DNA of 64,000 bases from a virus. Both the position numbers and the translations under genes were made by a program. Below, in pieces: positions 19,011-28,801 of the stretch. Within the stretch, counting starts at the first letter, position 1. Each line of letters opens with the position of its first letter. The stretch lies in IMG/VR virus record IMGVR_UViG_3300045988_173968; one strand, 5' to 3'. Under the pieces are notes generated by a model. It saw only the letters and a program-made list of their open reading frames with translations, did no database searches and had not been told where the DNA came from.

Positions 19011-19278
19011 TTCTCAATGTAGCAAATTTCCCATGCTTCCCATATAAACAATGTATATCTTCTCCCTGTGAAACCGCTTTCGATATATTAAATATCATAA
19101 AAACAGTCTTCATATTATCATCAAGTAAGCACAGATGGTTTTTGCTTTTTCCAACGATTTTAAAACCATAAACATCAAAAATTGCCGCATAACCAGCGTT
19201 ATAATCTTCAATGGTAATCGTCGTCTTCTTCCCTTTTGGTATGTATTCTTCTATTTCTTTCTCTCTAATCAATACCAT
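18997..19278 (-). CDS. Hypothetical protein
   Basis: Track ORF with a TAA stop. No family recognised. Confidence 0.5.
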   Translation of the reverse strand: MVLIREKEIEEYIPKGKKTTITIEDYNAGYAAIFDVYGFKIVGKSKNHLCLLDDNMKTVFMIFNISKAVSQGEDIHCLYGKHGKFATLRTDRI

Positions 19279-19297
19279 TCCCTCCCAAATGGCGATT

Positions 19298-20464
19298 TTA
19301 AACTATTCTCTGCGGCCAATAGAGCAGATTGCTTATCGGGAAATCTCTCCAGGTATATGGAACCTCAAAATCATTGGTTCCATCAAAATAAAACCGTTTG
19401 CACTCCCCCGTCTCCGTTGGCACAAACATCGCCCATTCATATGGCGGAATAACCTCCGTTTTACACATCGTCGGTTTCCACCCTTCTCTTCGCGCGATGT
19501 ACCTAATAGCCATCTCCCTTACTCTTTCGGGTTTATCCGGATAATCCATCGGAGCGAAATCCCACATGGTAATTAGGCGATTACGGCTATTAAGCACAAA
19601 GTCCTTTGTAAAGATTTCTTTGTATTTGCCGCGCAAATATCCTTTTCTCACAATAGCATATTTTTCGTCTAATAACTGATCATACAGACCCCGCAACTCC
19701 TCTTCTCTCTCCGGCCAGGGTTCTGCATATTTGTCGTCATTTATATAGTCCGAAAAATCCCCGTTGTAAGAAGCAAATGTTTCGATCTGCGGAGAAAATG
19801 TGTCCTCTTTGATGAGGTATGGCCTTGTATACCAATCCCGTCTATTGTCTTTATAAATTTTAGCGGTTTCTTTGTCCCTAAAATTATAGATTTCTTCCAT
19901 CGGGTTGTATGAAAATCTATAGGACTGATACATTATTGGCTGCCAGTTCTCATATTTAGCAATTGCGAATTTTGCTTTACCCAAAAAATGAAAGAAATGA
20001 TTTGGGCAGCAAGATTCATGCTCAAGGTATAGATACTTCTCAGCCTTTCCACCCATCCTAAAATCCGCGTCAGGCCCAAAAACCGAACGATATACTCTTT
20101 GAAGTTCTGCTGGGGAACGAATGGCATGAATATAATTGTCTCGAATCGGAAAGCAATAATTCTCACTTAGCCACGCTCTCGGGTTCGCTCCTACAGGTGT
20201 CCATCTTTCACGGGATGCAACAAGATTCATAGCTGCATTTAATAGAAAGTCATCAATAGCAACTGTATATTTCCCGTCTGTGTATTTAATAGCAGTTGCA
20301 ATTAAGACATCCTTATTCTCCTCAAGGAATCGCTCTCTCTCAGACGGTTGCATATTGCTTGGTGGAATTGTGGATAGTTTTTTAATCTTGCTTTGCTTTT
20401 CAGCTTTTTCTAAGATTGCGGCGCTTAGACCCATTGCCAAGAAAATATCTGAATAATCGCTCAT
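19298..20464 (-). CDS. Hypothetical protein (about 388 aa)
   Basis: Track ORF. Start moved to MSDYSD, which has a GGGAGGAG RBS. No family recognised. Confidence 0.55.
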   Translation of the reverse strand: MSDYSDIFLAMGLSAAILEKAEKQSKIKKLSTIPPSNMQPSERERFLEENKDVLIATAIKYTDGKYTVAIDDFLLNAAMNLVASRERWTPVGANPRAWLSENYCFPIRDNYIHAIRSPAELQRVYRSVFGPDADFRMGGKAEKYLYLEHESCCPNHFFHFLGKAKFAIAKYENWQPIMYQSYRFSYNPMEEIYNFRDKETAKIYKDNRRDWYTRPYLIKEDTFSPQIETFASYNGDFSDYINDDKYAEPWPEREEELRGLYDQLLDEKYAIVRKGYLRGKYKEIFTKDFVLNSRNRLITMWDFAPMDYPDKPERVREMAIRYIARREGWKPTMCKTEVIPPYEWAMFVPTETGECKRFYFDGTNDFEVPYTWRDFPISNLLYWPQRIV

Positions 20465-20533
20465 TGTCTCCTCCCAGAACATTCGTTCTTTATGCCTTTA
20501 ATTGTACTGCTAATTACCGTCTATGTCAACTGG

Positions 20534-20722
20534 TCAATCACACCAAAAAATATCTTCAATTTTCATATTAAGAGCTTTTGCGATCCGGCACATAGTTTTC
20601 AGAGTCGGGTCGCTTTGCCCATTTTCAATTTCGTTGATTTGTGTTTTGCTTACACCAGCAAGCTTTGCAAGTCCTCTGAGACTAACCCCTTTTTCTTCTC
20701 TAATTTCATGTAACTTGTTCAC
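20534..20722 (-). CDS. XRE/Cro-type helix-turn-helix regulator
   Basis: KGVSLRGLAKLAGVSKTQINEIENGQSDPTLKTMCRIAKAL is a classic HTH_3 pattern. Confidence 0.8.
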   Translation of the reverse strand: MNKLHEIREEKGVSLRGLAKLAGVSKTQINEIENGQSDPTLKTMCRIAKALNMKIEDIFWCD

Positions 20723-20798
20723 AATATCACCTCTTAGGATACCATACCCAATTTAGGTGACATCATTCTCTAATACGCTAATATTATTTTAGCATAAC

Positions 20799-20822
20799 AA
20801 TTGTCCGATTTCCCGGACAATT
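20799..20822. promoter_or_regulatory. Palindromic operator-like site AATTGTCCG-N6-CGGACAATT
   Basis: Perfect 9-bp inverted repeat in the AT-rich spacer upstream of the HTH gene. Confidence 0.4.
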
Positions 20823-20874
20823 AAGCTTCAATATGTAAAAATTTAATATAATTTATTGTTGCTAATAGCTAATT

Positions 20875-21102
20875 TTATACTGTTTTAGACAATTCCAACA
20901 ATATAAGATAGTTGCCAAACGATGGTTTTTGCCTTCCATATTTATATGCTTCAATTGTATTTTGATTTATACATGTCATTTCACTGATAGTCGATGGATA
21001 GTATAATCTATAAAGTTTACTCAAGTCCAAAATAACATCCTGCACATCTTTGGAATCATATTCTTTTTTCATTTCTACAAGATCCTTAAAGTTACAGTTC
21101 AT
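20875..21102 (-). CDS. Hypothetical protein
   Basis: Track ORF with a TAA stop. Confidence 0.45.
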   Translation of the reverse strand: MNCNFKDLVEMKKEYDSKDVQDVILDLSKLYRLYYPSTISEMTCINQNTIEAYKYGRQKPSFGNYLILLELSKTV

Positions 21103-21331
21103 CGCTATAAACCTCCTTTAATTTATATTGTGCTGTCTCAATGTGGTCAATGGCCGCCGCCATCAACTCGTAAGCGTCCTCCATCTCCATATATCTGTCA
21201 GAGTTCTAAAGATTTTCTGGCATGTTACTGATTGCGTCCTCTTCCTCGCCACATACCCGAGAAAGCTGTTGCTTAACATCAAGCAATCGGTCATTGATTT
21301 TCTCAAGTCTTGTCCGTCTTGACTTATTCAT
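21092..21331 (-). CDS. Hypothetical protein (79 aa) read through one TAG
   Basis: MNKSRRTRLEKINDRL..AISNMPENL[TAG]NSDRYMEMEDAYELMAAAIDHIE.. TAG at 21208-21206. RBS GGAGG. Absent from the track because it is split. Confidence 0.5.
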
Positions 21332-21382
21332 AAAATACCTCCAAAAAAAATGCACCCTTTTGGGTGCAAAATTAAACTTATT

Positions 21383-21817
21383 TTATTCTGGCGTTCCATT
21401 AAGAATATCTCTGGCGGATTCTTCATCGATGTGAAAAGTAAAGACCTCTGCTATTTCGATGTCGATATAGGTAGAACTCTCATTCTCAGCTGCGATCCAT
21501 ACGCTATCTGCCAAAGAAATAATATCCTTGAATGTCCCAAACAGCTTGTTCTCATCATCAAAGCAAAGAAGACACCCCCGGATTATTATTCCAGCGCTTA
21601 AATTAGGTAAACCAAAAACATACTCAAATTCATAATCAGGCTCTGCCTCTTCAATCTTCTTCGCCAACTTAACCATCTTCATATATTGAAGGTATTTGTC
21701 CGGATGGAAGATGTAAGCACCTTTTTTCTTCGCCTCATCGTCTATCCGTTTAATCTCGCCCATTACGGCATCAAACTCGCCGCTTTCCATTGCGGCCTCA
21801 AGTTCAAAGTTGTCCAA
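21383..21817 (-). CDS. Hypothetical protein
   Basis: Track ORF with a TAA stop. Confidence 0.5.
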   Translation of the reverse strand: MDNFELEAAMESGEFDAVMGEIKRIDDEAKKKGAYIFHPDKYLQYMKMVKLAKKIEEAEPDYEFEYVFGLPNLSAGIIIRGCLLCFDDENKLFGTFKDIISLADSVWIAAENESSTYIDIEIAEVFTFHIDEESARDILNGTPE

Positions 21818-21862
21818 ATCATCACGCTCCTTTATTTTATAATACCATAATCACGAAACATT

Positions 21863-22204
21863 TCAATAAGAAATGGGATTTCTTTTTGTCGCCCCGCATT
21901 TTTTGCATTGTAAAGTGAACCCTGCCGTATCTGCACCAACATACTCCCATTCGTGAATACAACCAAAATTCGTAGTGCCTGTATCTGTAGCAATGCAATC
22001 ACAGTGCGAGACCCATGGAGCATTTGCCCTGCCACACCTGGGGCATATCCAGCCATTCATAGGGAAGAGACCATTTATATTGCCGTAGGAACCTTCTGTA
22101 CTTCCGGAAGTAGCTATTTTAGTGTTTGCAGCACAATTATCGCACTCACCGTCACAATATTGCCATGAACTCCCACACTTTCGCAATTCTTTATCTTTAC
22201 CCAT
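21863..22204 (-). CDS. Hypothetical Cys-rich protein
   Basis: Track ORF with several CxxC pairs (CDGECDNC, CPRCG, CKKCG). Confidence 0.5.
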   Translation of the reverse strand: MGKDKELRKCGSSWQYCDGECDNCAANTKIATSGSTEGSYGNINGLFPMNGWICPRCGRANAPWVSHCDCIATDTGTTNFGCIHEWEYVGADTAGFTLQCKKCGATKRNPISY

Positions 22205-22216
22205 AACATCACTCCT

Positions 22217-22690
22217 TCAAAAAAACCTAATTTCCAACGCCGTTATTTCTCCATTTTGTTTATACGCAAAAACTCCGTATTCTCCGTCCCCATAACCAGA
22301 AGAGCTATAAAAACCATCCTCTGTCATCCATGCGTCTCCACTGCTGGTTTGCTCACAAAACCCATGCCATTCATCATCGCTGTAATCTGGCTTGTTGTGA
22401 GAAAAGCCGGCCATTCCAGCATCAACACCTATAGTCCCTATTTCTTTCATATCATTTTGCCTCGGAATATAACCATTGTGATAGATGCCAATTATTCCGA
22501 CGATTTTATATTCGAATGGTGTTTTATCCTCGTATTCACCTTTATCTGTGTGACACCAAATATAGCAATCATATTCTCCCTGTTTGATTTTCACATCGTT
22601 CATTCTACACCAAACATCTCTATCGTAGCATGGATCTGTGACATCGACGCTGCCGTGGAAATTCATAGTGCCAATTTTCTTTCTACGCAT
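22217..22690 (-). CDS. Hypothetical protein
   Basis: Track ORF with an AGGAGG RBS and a TGA stop. Confidence 0.5.
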   Translation of the reverse strand: MRRKKIGTMNFHGSVDVTDPCYDRDVWCRMNDVKIKQGEYDCYIWCHTDKGEYEDKTPFEYKIVGIIGIYHNGYIPRQNDMKEIGTIGVDAGMAGFSHNKPDYSDDEWHGFCEQTSSGDAWMTEDGFYSSSGYGDGEYGVFAYKQNGEITALEIRFF

Positions 22691-22755
22691 GATGATCCTC
22701 CTTTAGTTCTGTTGTTTTATTTCGTCAGCCTGGGTTAGACAGCCAAGATTGGTAC

Positions 22756-22784
22756 TTCCAAATTTGTTTTGAATCGTCTATAAT
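22756..22784 (+). promoter_or_regulatory. Sigma70-like promoter for the plus-strand small ORF
   Basis: TTCCAA, 17 nt, TATAAT. Confidence 0.4.
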
Positions 22785-22834
22785 AAATTTGCCATCGGGA
22801 AACCGGTGAGATTAAAAAGAAGGGGAATAATCCT

Positions 22835-23029
22835 ATGAAACAATTGATTCGTCGATTGGTAGTAGGGTTTACTGCCCTGTAGCTGGCATCATTCGCATTA
22901 GAAACGATTGCCGGCTATGGCATGATGGCAGTAAACCCTGCACTTGCATTGGTGATTTCAATCACCCGCTTGGTTTCCGAATTTACTTTGGCGATCCTGG
23001 CAATGGTTGAACATCTCTTTATGATGTAA
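22835..23029 (+). CDS. Small hydrophobic protein (64 aa) with an in-frame TAG
   Basis: MKQLIRRLVVGFTAL[TAG]LASFALETIAGYGMMAVNPALALVISITRLV.. TAG at 22880-22882. Followed by two hairpins, the second with a T-run. Confidence 0.4.
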
Positions 23030-23169
23030 GTGCCCTGCCCACCCCTGATGTCAACCCGTCAGGGGTGACTCTTTGTGTCCTGCCCGTCCCTGGCGTGTCC
23101 AAATCACATCGGGGACGACCTTTTTTCTTGGCTGCCTAAGCCAGACTGACGAATTACTGATCTAACTAA

Positions 23170-23679
23170 TTAGAAATGGCAATCAAACAAAACAACCGCC
23201 CAGTCCTCCGGCTTCTTCCTTATTTCATTGATAAGCTCATCGTTTATGATTGAATCACATTCTTCAGTATTAAAGAACGCTGAGTCAAAATCATATGCCC
23301 CAACGAGCAAACTGGAGATGCACTTTAGATGATAAGAAATCAATCCACCTTCTCCGAAACTTGACCTTGGACTATTCTTTATGATGTCCTCAATATTCAT
23401 GCTTGGACAATATTTCTTCAGGCTTTCAACATGGTGACGAAGTATATTCTCTTGCTGGTCTCTTACGACAAGAAGCTCGTCAATAATTTTATCCGGTTCG
23501 TCCCTACCCAGAATTACATTGCATGGATACTCGCTTTCCCATCTTCCAGCTGTGTCTGTTTCCCGCCAGTCGTATGCGTTATAATAATCTTCGGTTTCAC
23601 TTTTTGCAACGCTTCTAATCTCTTCAATGGTCTCATCCTTATCTTCGAGTTTAACTAGAATTCTGTGTAAAGCATGCAT
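23170..23679 (-). CDS. Hypothetical protein
   Basis: Track ORF with a TAA stop. Confidence 0.5.
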   Translation of the reverse strand: MHALHRILVKLEDKDETIEEIRSVAKSETEDYYNAYDWRETDTAGRWESEYPCNVILGRDEPDKIIDELLVVRDQQENILRHHVESLKKYCPSMNIEDIIKNSPRSSFGEGGLISYHLKCISSLLVGAYDFDSAFFNTEECDSIINDELINEIRKKPEDWAVVLFDCHF

Positions 23680-23694
23680 AATAAGACTTCCTCC

Positions 23695-23979
23695 TTATTG
23701 TTTATCCTTCCACTCATTAAATGTCAAAGGTACAAGATTTGTCTCGGGTTCCCACCCACTGAGCTGGTCGAAAGCAAACCGAGCGAGGTATACCAAATAC
23801 CGTTCCTCCGGCGCTACTGCGTCCTCGTCTGCGATACAGGCGTCATCCAATCGGATTCCGCTCTTGACCAGCCCCTTTGTTTTCTTTTCAACATAGTCGA
23901 TGGGGCCATCAGTCTCGTCAAAAGTTCTGTCTTCGTCAATGGAAAGATATGCTATTACTGTCCGCACATTCATTTTCAC
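23695..23979 (-). CDS. Hypothetical protein
   Basis: Track ORF with a TAA stop. Confidence 0.5.
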   Translation of the reverse strand: MKMNVRTVIAYLSIDEDRTFDETDGPIDYVEKKTKGLVKSGIRLDDACIADEDAVAPEERYLVYLARFAFDQLSGWEPETNLVPLTFNEWKDKQ

Positions 23980-23990
23980 TTTCTCCTATA

Positions 23991-24491
23991 TCAGCCGCAG
24001 CCGCACACATAAAGATCGTCATTGATCATCTTCTCGATCTCCGCCTCCGACAGGTCGGTAAGGCACTGAACTGCCTTGATGATCCGGCGATGAACCTCTT
24101 CTGCACTGTCCGGCTCGTTCTCCGTTCTGTGCCACGGCATAGAGGGAGGGTAATAGAAATACTCATTCCCGTCTCCGTCATCACAGAATGTGAGAGTGTC
24201 CGTATCATCACAGTGAGCCAGGAGGTCTCCGATGCGCCCGTCGAAGAAACTGTAGAGAATGTCTCTCAAGCTGACAGAGCCGGTTCCGTATGGTCTGTCC
24301 CACGCACAGGTCAGGCCCTCGAGATCAAGCTCTTCAAAGTTGCCCGTCCGTACCAGCTCGGCGATCTCCTCATTGCCCGGTAGCTGCTTATGCAGGAACC
24401 GAACCACTTTTTCCTTCGAGAGGTGCGGCTCAAGGCTGCTTGCGCAAAGACCGATCCCCTCTATCATCCAATAACACATACTCATTCTCAA
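23991..24491 (-). CDS. Hypothetical protein
   Basis: Track ORF with a TGA stop. Confidence 0.5.
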   Translation of the reverse strand: MRMSMCYWMIEGIGLCASSLEPHLSKEKVVRFLHKQLPGNEEIAELVRTGNFEELDLEGLTCAWDRPYGTGSVSLRDILYSFFDGRIGDLLAHCDDTDTLTFCDDGDGNEYFYYPPSMPWHRTENEPDSAEEVHRRIIKAVQCLTDLSEAEIEKMINDDLYVCGCG

Positions 24492-24655
24492 TCACTCCAA
24501 TCGTCCAACTCATCACAATCCGTTGCTTCAAAATCATCCGACCATTCGATATCTTCTTTCCCATATCCTTCGACTTTTTGATACGCATCCTGCTCGGAGT
24601 CTGCCTCGATTGTCACCCACCCGTAACGGGCAAATAATACTTGATACTTTGCCAT
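24488..24655 (-). CDS. Hypothetical acidic small protein (55 aa)
   Basis: MAKYQVLFARYGWVTIEADSEQDAYQKVEGYGKEDIEW.. Overlaps the downstream start. Confidence 0.4.
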   Translation of the reverse strand: MAKYQVLFARYGWVTIEADSEQDAYQKVEGYGKEDIEWSDDFEATDCDELDDWSD

Positions 24656-24668
24656 GTGAGTACCTCCT

Positions 24669-24887
24669 TTATCGTGTTTTCAGACCAATGTTATTTCTAA
24701 CAAGGTATTGCGCAATCTCTTCTGGATTGTCGTTTCCATTGTAATTAAAAAGAAGACCAGCGATGATTTCCGCATCGTCGTTTTGCGTTCGTTCAACCGC
24801 AAACCAGAAATAATCTCTAACAATACACTCACGGCGTTTAGCAACAGAACAATTCGAATCATTTTTGCAAAAATCACACTTATGCAT
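24669..24887 (-). CDS. Hypothetical protein
   Basis: Track ORF with a TAA stop. Confidence 0.45.
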   Translation of the reverse strand: MHKCDFCKNDSNCSVAKRRECIVRDYFWFAVERTQNDDAEIIAGLLFNYNGNDNPEEIAQYLVRNNIGLKTR

Positions 24888-25146
24888 GTTCTTGTCCTCC
24901 TATTGCTTCTAAACAAATTCTGCTTCTTACACACATGTCGTAGGCTTTTAGCGCAGCTATCAGAAATAGTTTTGTGTCTTCTCCCCATCCGATAATTTCA
25001 CATTGACGCTTTGCTTCCTCGCCGCTTTTCTGCAAAGCATGATCCAAGCAATTTACAAAGCTACAAGCACGATTTAAACTTGGGTAGAAAAAGCTGTTGT
25101 ACATCTCTGGTGTTTTCTGTAGCTCTGGATTATAGTCACCAATCAT
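24880..25146 (-). CDS. Hypothetical protein
   Basis: Track ORF that overlaps both neighbours. Confidence 0.45.
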   Translation of the reverse strand: MIGDYNPELQKTPEMYNSFFYPSLNRACSFVNCLDHALQKSGEEAKRQCEIIGWGEDTKLFLIAALKAYDMCVRSRICLEAIGGQEHA

Positions 25147-25328
25147 AAACCTACCTCTTCAAATAGCATTTGACGATATCTTTCAATCTCAAACTTTTTC
25201 GCATAGTCCTCGCTCATTTTATGAGCAAAAACAAAGACTTCAAATTTGTTAGGATATGCCGAATCACAACCCTCCTCCGCCACGAGTTTCGTACCATTGT
25301 GAAGATCAATAACTATCTTTTGAGCCAT
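25143..25328 (-). CDS. Hypothetical protein
   Basis: Track ORF with a TGA stop. Confidence 0.45.
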   Translation of the reverse strand: MAQKIVIDLHNGTKLVAEEGCDSAYPNKFEVFVFAHKMSEDYAKKFEIERYRQMLFEEVGL

Positions 25329-25531
25329 ATCAAATACCCCTTCTTTATTTATGATTCATCGAATTCTTCCCTTTTTCTTTTTTCGCAAAGAACTGTTTCC
25401 GCGCCTTCTTAGTCACACTACAATTGTGGCAAGCATTACGATCCTTACAGAACCAACAACCGTCTTGACCTGCCCACCACCAGTGTGGCATTGTCGGAGG
25501 TTTTCTCCATTTTTTCAAATGTCATTCCTCC

Positions 25532-26131
25532 TTAATGCTCCTTAAACACAACCTGTTCGCCCTTTTTTAATGACCAACAGCCACCAGAAATACAAGCACA
25601 TTCCGTACAATTACCGCCACACTTTTTTGCATCTTCTCGTGCAGTTGTTGTGCCGTCCCTATACAAAACATGTGCTTCAGGCAAATGAAAAGGGTTAACC
25701 ATTTTCAGGTCAACCCATGCGCTAAATATCATATGTAAATTAGGTGGAAGATCTCCAACATTATTAAGGTAGTAATTTACCAGTTCGTATTTCTTCGTGA
25801 AACAGAGGATTTCGCAATGCATATTCCTTACCGCAATCGAAACCATCTTAATGAGATAATCCCAGTCGGGTATATCCCCACTTACATGGAATCGAAAAAA
25901 CCTTGAAGTCATGATCGCTGCCTCTACTTCTCTCCAGTAGGTTTGCGGATCTTCTTCCAATATGGTAAGATTTCTGATGTACGAGTTTCTTACACTTGGT
26001 CGAAGTCGTTCAATCTTTTTGGCATAGCACTTCTTGTTACAACCACACTTGATGCAAGTTAGCCCAGATGGAAGTGAGACACTTTTTATCTCGCCAAGTT
26101 TGCTGTTTCCTTTGCTGATGCATACACCCAT
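25532..26131 (-). CDS. GP88-like phage protein (Cys-rich)
   Basis: N-terminal SLPSGLTCIKCGCNKKCYAKK and C-terminal CGGNCTECACISGGCW resemble the GP88 family as recalled. Confidence 0.4.
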   Translation of the reverse strand: MGVCISKGNSKLGEIKSVSLPSGLTCIKCGCNKKCYAKKIERLRPSVRNSYIRNLTILEEDPQTYWREVEAAIMTSRFFRFHVSGDIPDWDYLIKMVSIAVRNMHCEILCFTKKYELVNYYLNNVGDLPPNLHMIFSAWVDLKMVNPFHLPEAHVLYRDGTTTAREDAKKCGGNCTECACISGGCWSLKKGEQVVFKEH

Positions 26132-26148
26132 ATATCAAATCATCCCTT

Positions 26149-26343
26149 TCAAGCACTATAACGCTCAACCAGTAGCTCAAGTGTATAAATCTTTCTAATG
26201 ATCTCGGCTTTGTAAGTTGCAGGAATGGTTGTATCAGCACTGATATCTCTATACAAAGATATCAAATGATCCAGGTAGCTTACCTCGCAAGTTCTTTTAT
26301 ACTGGCACGGTCTATCGGCGCAGCAAGTATTTATATTTGCCAT
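26149..26343 (-). CDS. Hypothetical protein
   Basis: Track ORF with a TGA stop. Confidence 0.45.
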   Translation of the reverse strand: MANINTCCADRPCQYKRTCEVSYLDHLISLYRDISADTTIPATYKAEIIRKIYTLELLVERYSA

Positions 26344-26358
26344 GAGTTAATTCCTCCC

Positions 26359-26511
26359 TTACTTAAAAGTTTCCAATACAACTCGGCTAAGTTCATCTAT
26401 TACATCTTGAATAGAAGATCTATCTTCCTCAGATATTCCATGAACCTGTTCTAAATCCGCATTCAACTGTTTGATTAAAATCATGAAACGATACGATGCC
26501 CATGAATACAT
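26359..26511 (-). CDS. Hypothetical small protein (50 aa)
   Basis: MYSWASYRFMILIKQLNADLEQVHGISEEDRSSIQDV.. Fills the gap and ends just before the next RBS. Confidence 0.35.
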   Translation of the reverse strand: MYSWASYRFMILIKQLNADLEQVHGISEEDRSSIQDVIDELSRVVLETFK

Positions 26512-26530
26512 AAAGCTCTCCTTCTTAATA

Positions 26531-26554
26531 GAAAAGCAGCTCTTTCGGGCTGCT
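26531..26554 (-). terminator. Rho-independent terminator after 26566-27570
   Basis: AGCAGC-N8-GCTGCT followed by TTTT on the minus strand. Confidence 0.5.
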
Positions 26555-26565
26555 CTTCGATACTG

Positions 26566-27570
26566 TTATTTAATTTCCTTGAATGAAAATGAATTGTTTG
26601 TAGTAGGTAATGCGGGTGCTTCGCTCTTTACTTGCTCCACATTTATGCATACTGGCTTCCTAAAAAGCGCCGTAATATTGTTTTCAAAGTCCCTGTCCAT
26701 ATTATAAGCTCCCACATACCAGTGTTTATATTTCAATTTCTCTTGCAGCTCATCAAAGAAATTGGTGATGATATTAGGAGTATAAAATCCAGGAGCTAAA
26801 GAAAGATGAATATTGTTGGGGGCATAATAGGTCGCAACATAATCTACTTCCCAATTGTGCTTTGCAAGATTTTCTCTAGCGTGCTCTATTGTTTCTTCTG
26901 TTATATTTGAACCTTCAAATTCGATTGGAGTATTGATCTCTTTAAAGCACTCAATAGGAAAGCCTCCGCCAAATGTAAAGATTTTAACATCTTCAACTTC
27001 AATGACTTCCCCTTTGTCTATGAGAAAATCTTTTCCGAATTTTTTGTCCGAATAGTCAAGCTCCAACACTTTGGCATTTGCACCATTCCAAATTGTCTGT
27101 GAACCTTTTATGCCATCAGTTTGAACATTCCCGACATTAGCTACGAACGAACGATGAATTATACTTAGGCTATCGCTTAAACTAAGCCCACACGACAGAA
27201 CGAAAAGAGTGCTGTCATCATAATATGTATCATACTGCCCATACTTCTCATTAAAATCGCTATCATGCCAAGAAGAATAACCATCCCCAATAATCCAAAT
27301 ATCCGTTTTTTTCTTTCCCATAACAATATTGGTGGGAGAATAAGACAAGTATTTTTTCAAAAGAGATAATGGTGTATATTCAAAAGATGTCTTTCTAACT
27401 CGTTCAAAAATTTTCGGATCAAACGAGTCGTAAACCTTGCTCCATATCTTTAGTTTCTCAATTATCGGCATTGCTTCTTCCGCCGTAAGAAAGTTGATTC
27501 CGCCATCCAAAGATATCTTAGAATCATAAAATACCTCCGGTTCCTTCTCTTTTTTCTTAAACAACCTCAC
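26566..27570 (-). CDS. Hypothetical protein (334 aa)
   Basis: Track ORF with a TAA stop. No family recognised. Confidence 0.55.
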   Translation of the reverse strand: MRLFKKKEKEPEVFYDSKISLDGGINFLTAEEAMPIIEKLKIWSKVYDSFDPKIFERVRKTSFEYTPLSLLKKYLSYSPTNIVMGKKKTDIWIIGDGYSSWHDSDFNEKYGQYDTYYDDSTLFVLSCGLSLSDSLSIIHRSFVANVGNVQTDGIKGSQTIWNGANAKVLELDYSDKKFGKDFLIDKGEVIEVEDVKIFTFGGGFPIECFKEINTPIEFEGSNITEETIEHARENLAKHNWEVDYVATYYAPNNIHLSLAPGFYTPNIITNFFDELQEKLKYKHWYVGAYNMDRDFENNITALFRKPVCINVEQVKSEAPALPTTNNSFSFKEIK

Positions 27571-27650
27571 AACAACACCTCCAATATTTAAACTCTACCA
27601 TATTTTCACTTATTGAGCAACCCCATCATACCATAACAGATGTCCAATAA

Positions 27651-27857
27651 TCATCTCTCAGGAACCGCTGGAATAGGAATTCCATACTCAATAGCTGTAT
27701 CAAGCCACACCTTCTCGTTTTCTTCCAGCTCAGCAATTGCCTCCTCAGTTGTAGCGCCTTGCCCAACACAGCCTCTCAAGCTCTTGCTCATTGCAACATA
27801 GAACTCAGAACTGGTTTTATCATTGCTTATTTTTTCAACTTCATAATCGTAAATCAT
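27651..27857 (-). CDS. HicB-like (UPF0150) antitoxin-fold protein
   Basis: MIYDYEVEK..FYVAMSKSLRGCVGQGATTEEAIAELEENEKVWLDTAIEYGIPIP. Start at the ATG with an AAAGGAG RBS. No HicA partner seen. Confidence 0.5.
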   Translation of the reverse strand: MIYDYEVEKISNDKTSSEFYVAMSKSLRGCVGQGATTEEAIAELEENEKVWLDTAIEYGIPIPAVPER

Positions 27858-28083
27858 ATTTACTCCTTTATTCATGTTCTCGTTGATAAGCCTTCTTTTC
27901 TGAGATGCTGATGTTCTCAATGAGAAGAAAAGCATCTCAGAAAACTTGAAGGATTTCAAAGACCAGTATGAGCTGGGGCTCGTGGTTGGCAAGATTCGAG
28001 CCACAGCGATAGTACCGGTGTTGTCATATTCTTGATAAAACCTAAGAACCTTTTATATGTAAAAGAATTGCAACATGAATTAT

Positions 28084-28431
28084 TTACTTCTGGAACAACG
28101 CCAGAATATCGTTATAGACCTGAACAACAACATCTTTTGCAGCGTCTACGGCATCGTATGTTACATTTTTAGCTATAATCATCTTCATCACCGTTGCCGA
28201 AGATGGCAAGAGAATGAAAAGCACTGCACCGATGATGACAATAGTTAATCCTGTTTTCAGTTTCCTTTCTGCAGATTTTACTTCTTCCTTGCTGTCCGCT
28301 TCATCAAGAGACCATGAGCCGTAGCAAAGCAAAATAAATCCGATTATAATGCCAAAGATAAGCGCTCCCCACTTCAAGGTACTGGCACCGTCAATCAGAT
28401 AAAACGCCAAAGGGTTAATTACAGGTTCCAT
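28084..28431 (-). CDS. Membrane protein (3 predicted TM helices)
   Basis: Hydrophobic segments. Start at MEPVINP, adjacent to the upstream stop. Confidence 0.5.
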   Translation of the reverse strand: MEPVINPLAFYLIDGASTLKWGALIFGIIIGFILLCYGSWSLDEADSKEEVKSAERKLKTGLTIVIIGAVLFILLPSSATVMKMIIAKNVTYDAVDAAKDVVVQVYNDILALFQK

Positions 28432-28432
28432 T

Positions 28433-28801
28433 TTACTTCCTCCTATAAACAGTTTTATCGGCATAGATAGCTTCTTTACCATCTTCGCGCCAAACATCAC
28501 AATATTCAACAATAAACGAGTTCATCGCCCACCATACATGAGATATAAACGGCCCATTGAAGTCCATCTCCAGATTATTAAAGAGATAAATCTTTTTCTG
28601 CCCTGTCTTGAGATCCTCAAACTCATACCAAAAATCTACATGAAGCCCAGATTCGTCATCATACTGATAAAACTGAAATTTCTTCTGTCGCATAATAAAC
28701 CTGCCACGCCACAGATCGTCCTCCGCAATAGAATCATTTATGCTTTTGGCAACACGATTTGCTGACCGTATGTATTTTTTGATTTTAAGGCTTGTAATCA
28801 T
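28433..28801 (-). CDS. Hypothetical protein
   Basis: Track ORF with a TAA stop. Confidence 0.5.
   Translation of the reverse strand: MITSLKIKKYIRSANRVAKSINDSIAEDDLWRGRFIMRQKKFQFYQYDDESGLHVDFWYEFEDLKTGQKKIYLFNNLEMDFNGPFISHVWWAMNSFIVEYCDVWREDGKEAIYADKTVYRRK

Larger units (their letters stand above)
22722..23152. mobile_element. 431-bp insert bounded by 26-bp imperfect inverted repeats (MITE-like cassette or moron)
   Basis: TCGTCAGCCTGGGTTAGACAGCCAAG (22722-22747) matches the reverse complement of 23127-23152 at 23 of 26 positions. The interior holds its own promoter, an opposite-strand small ORF and two hairpins. Confidence 0.4.
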
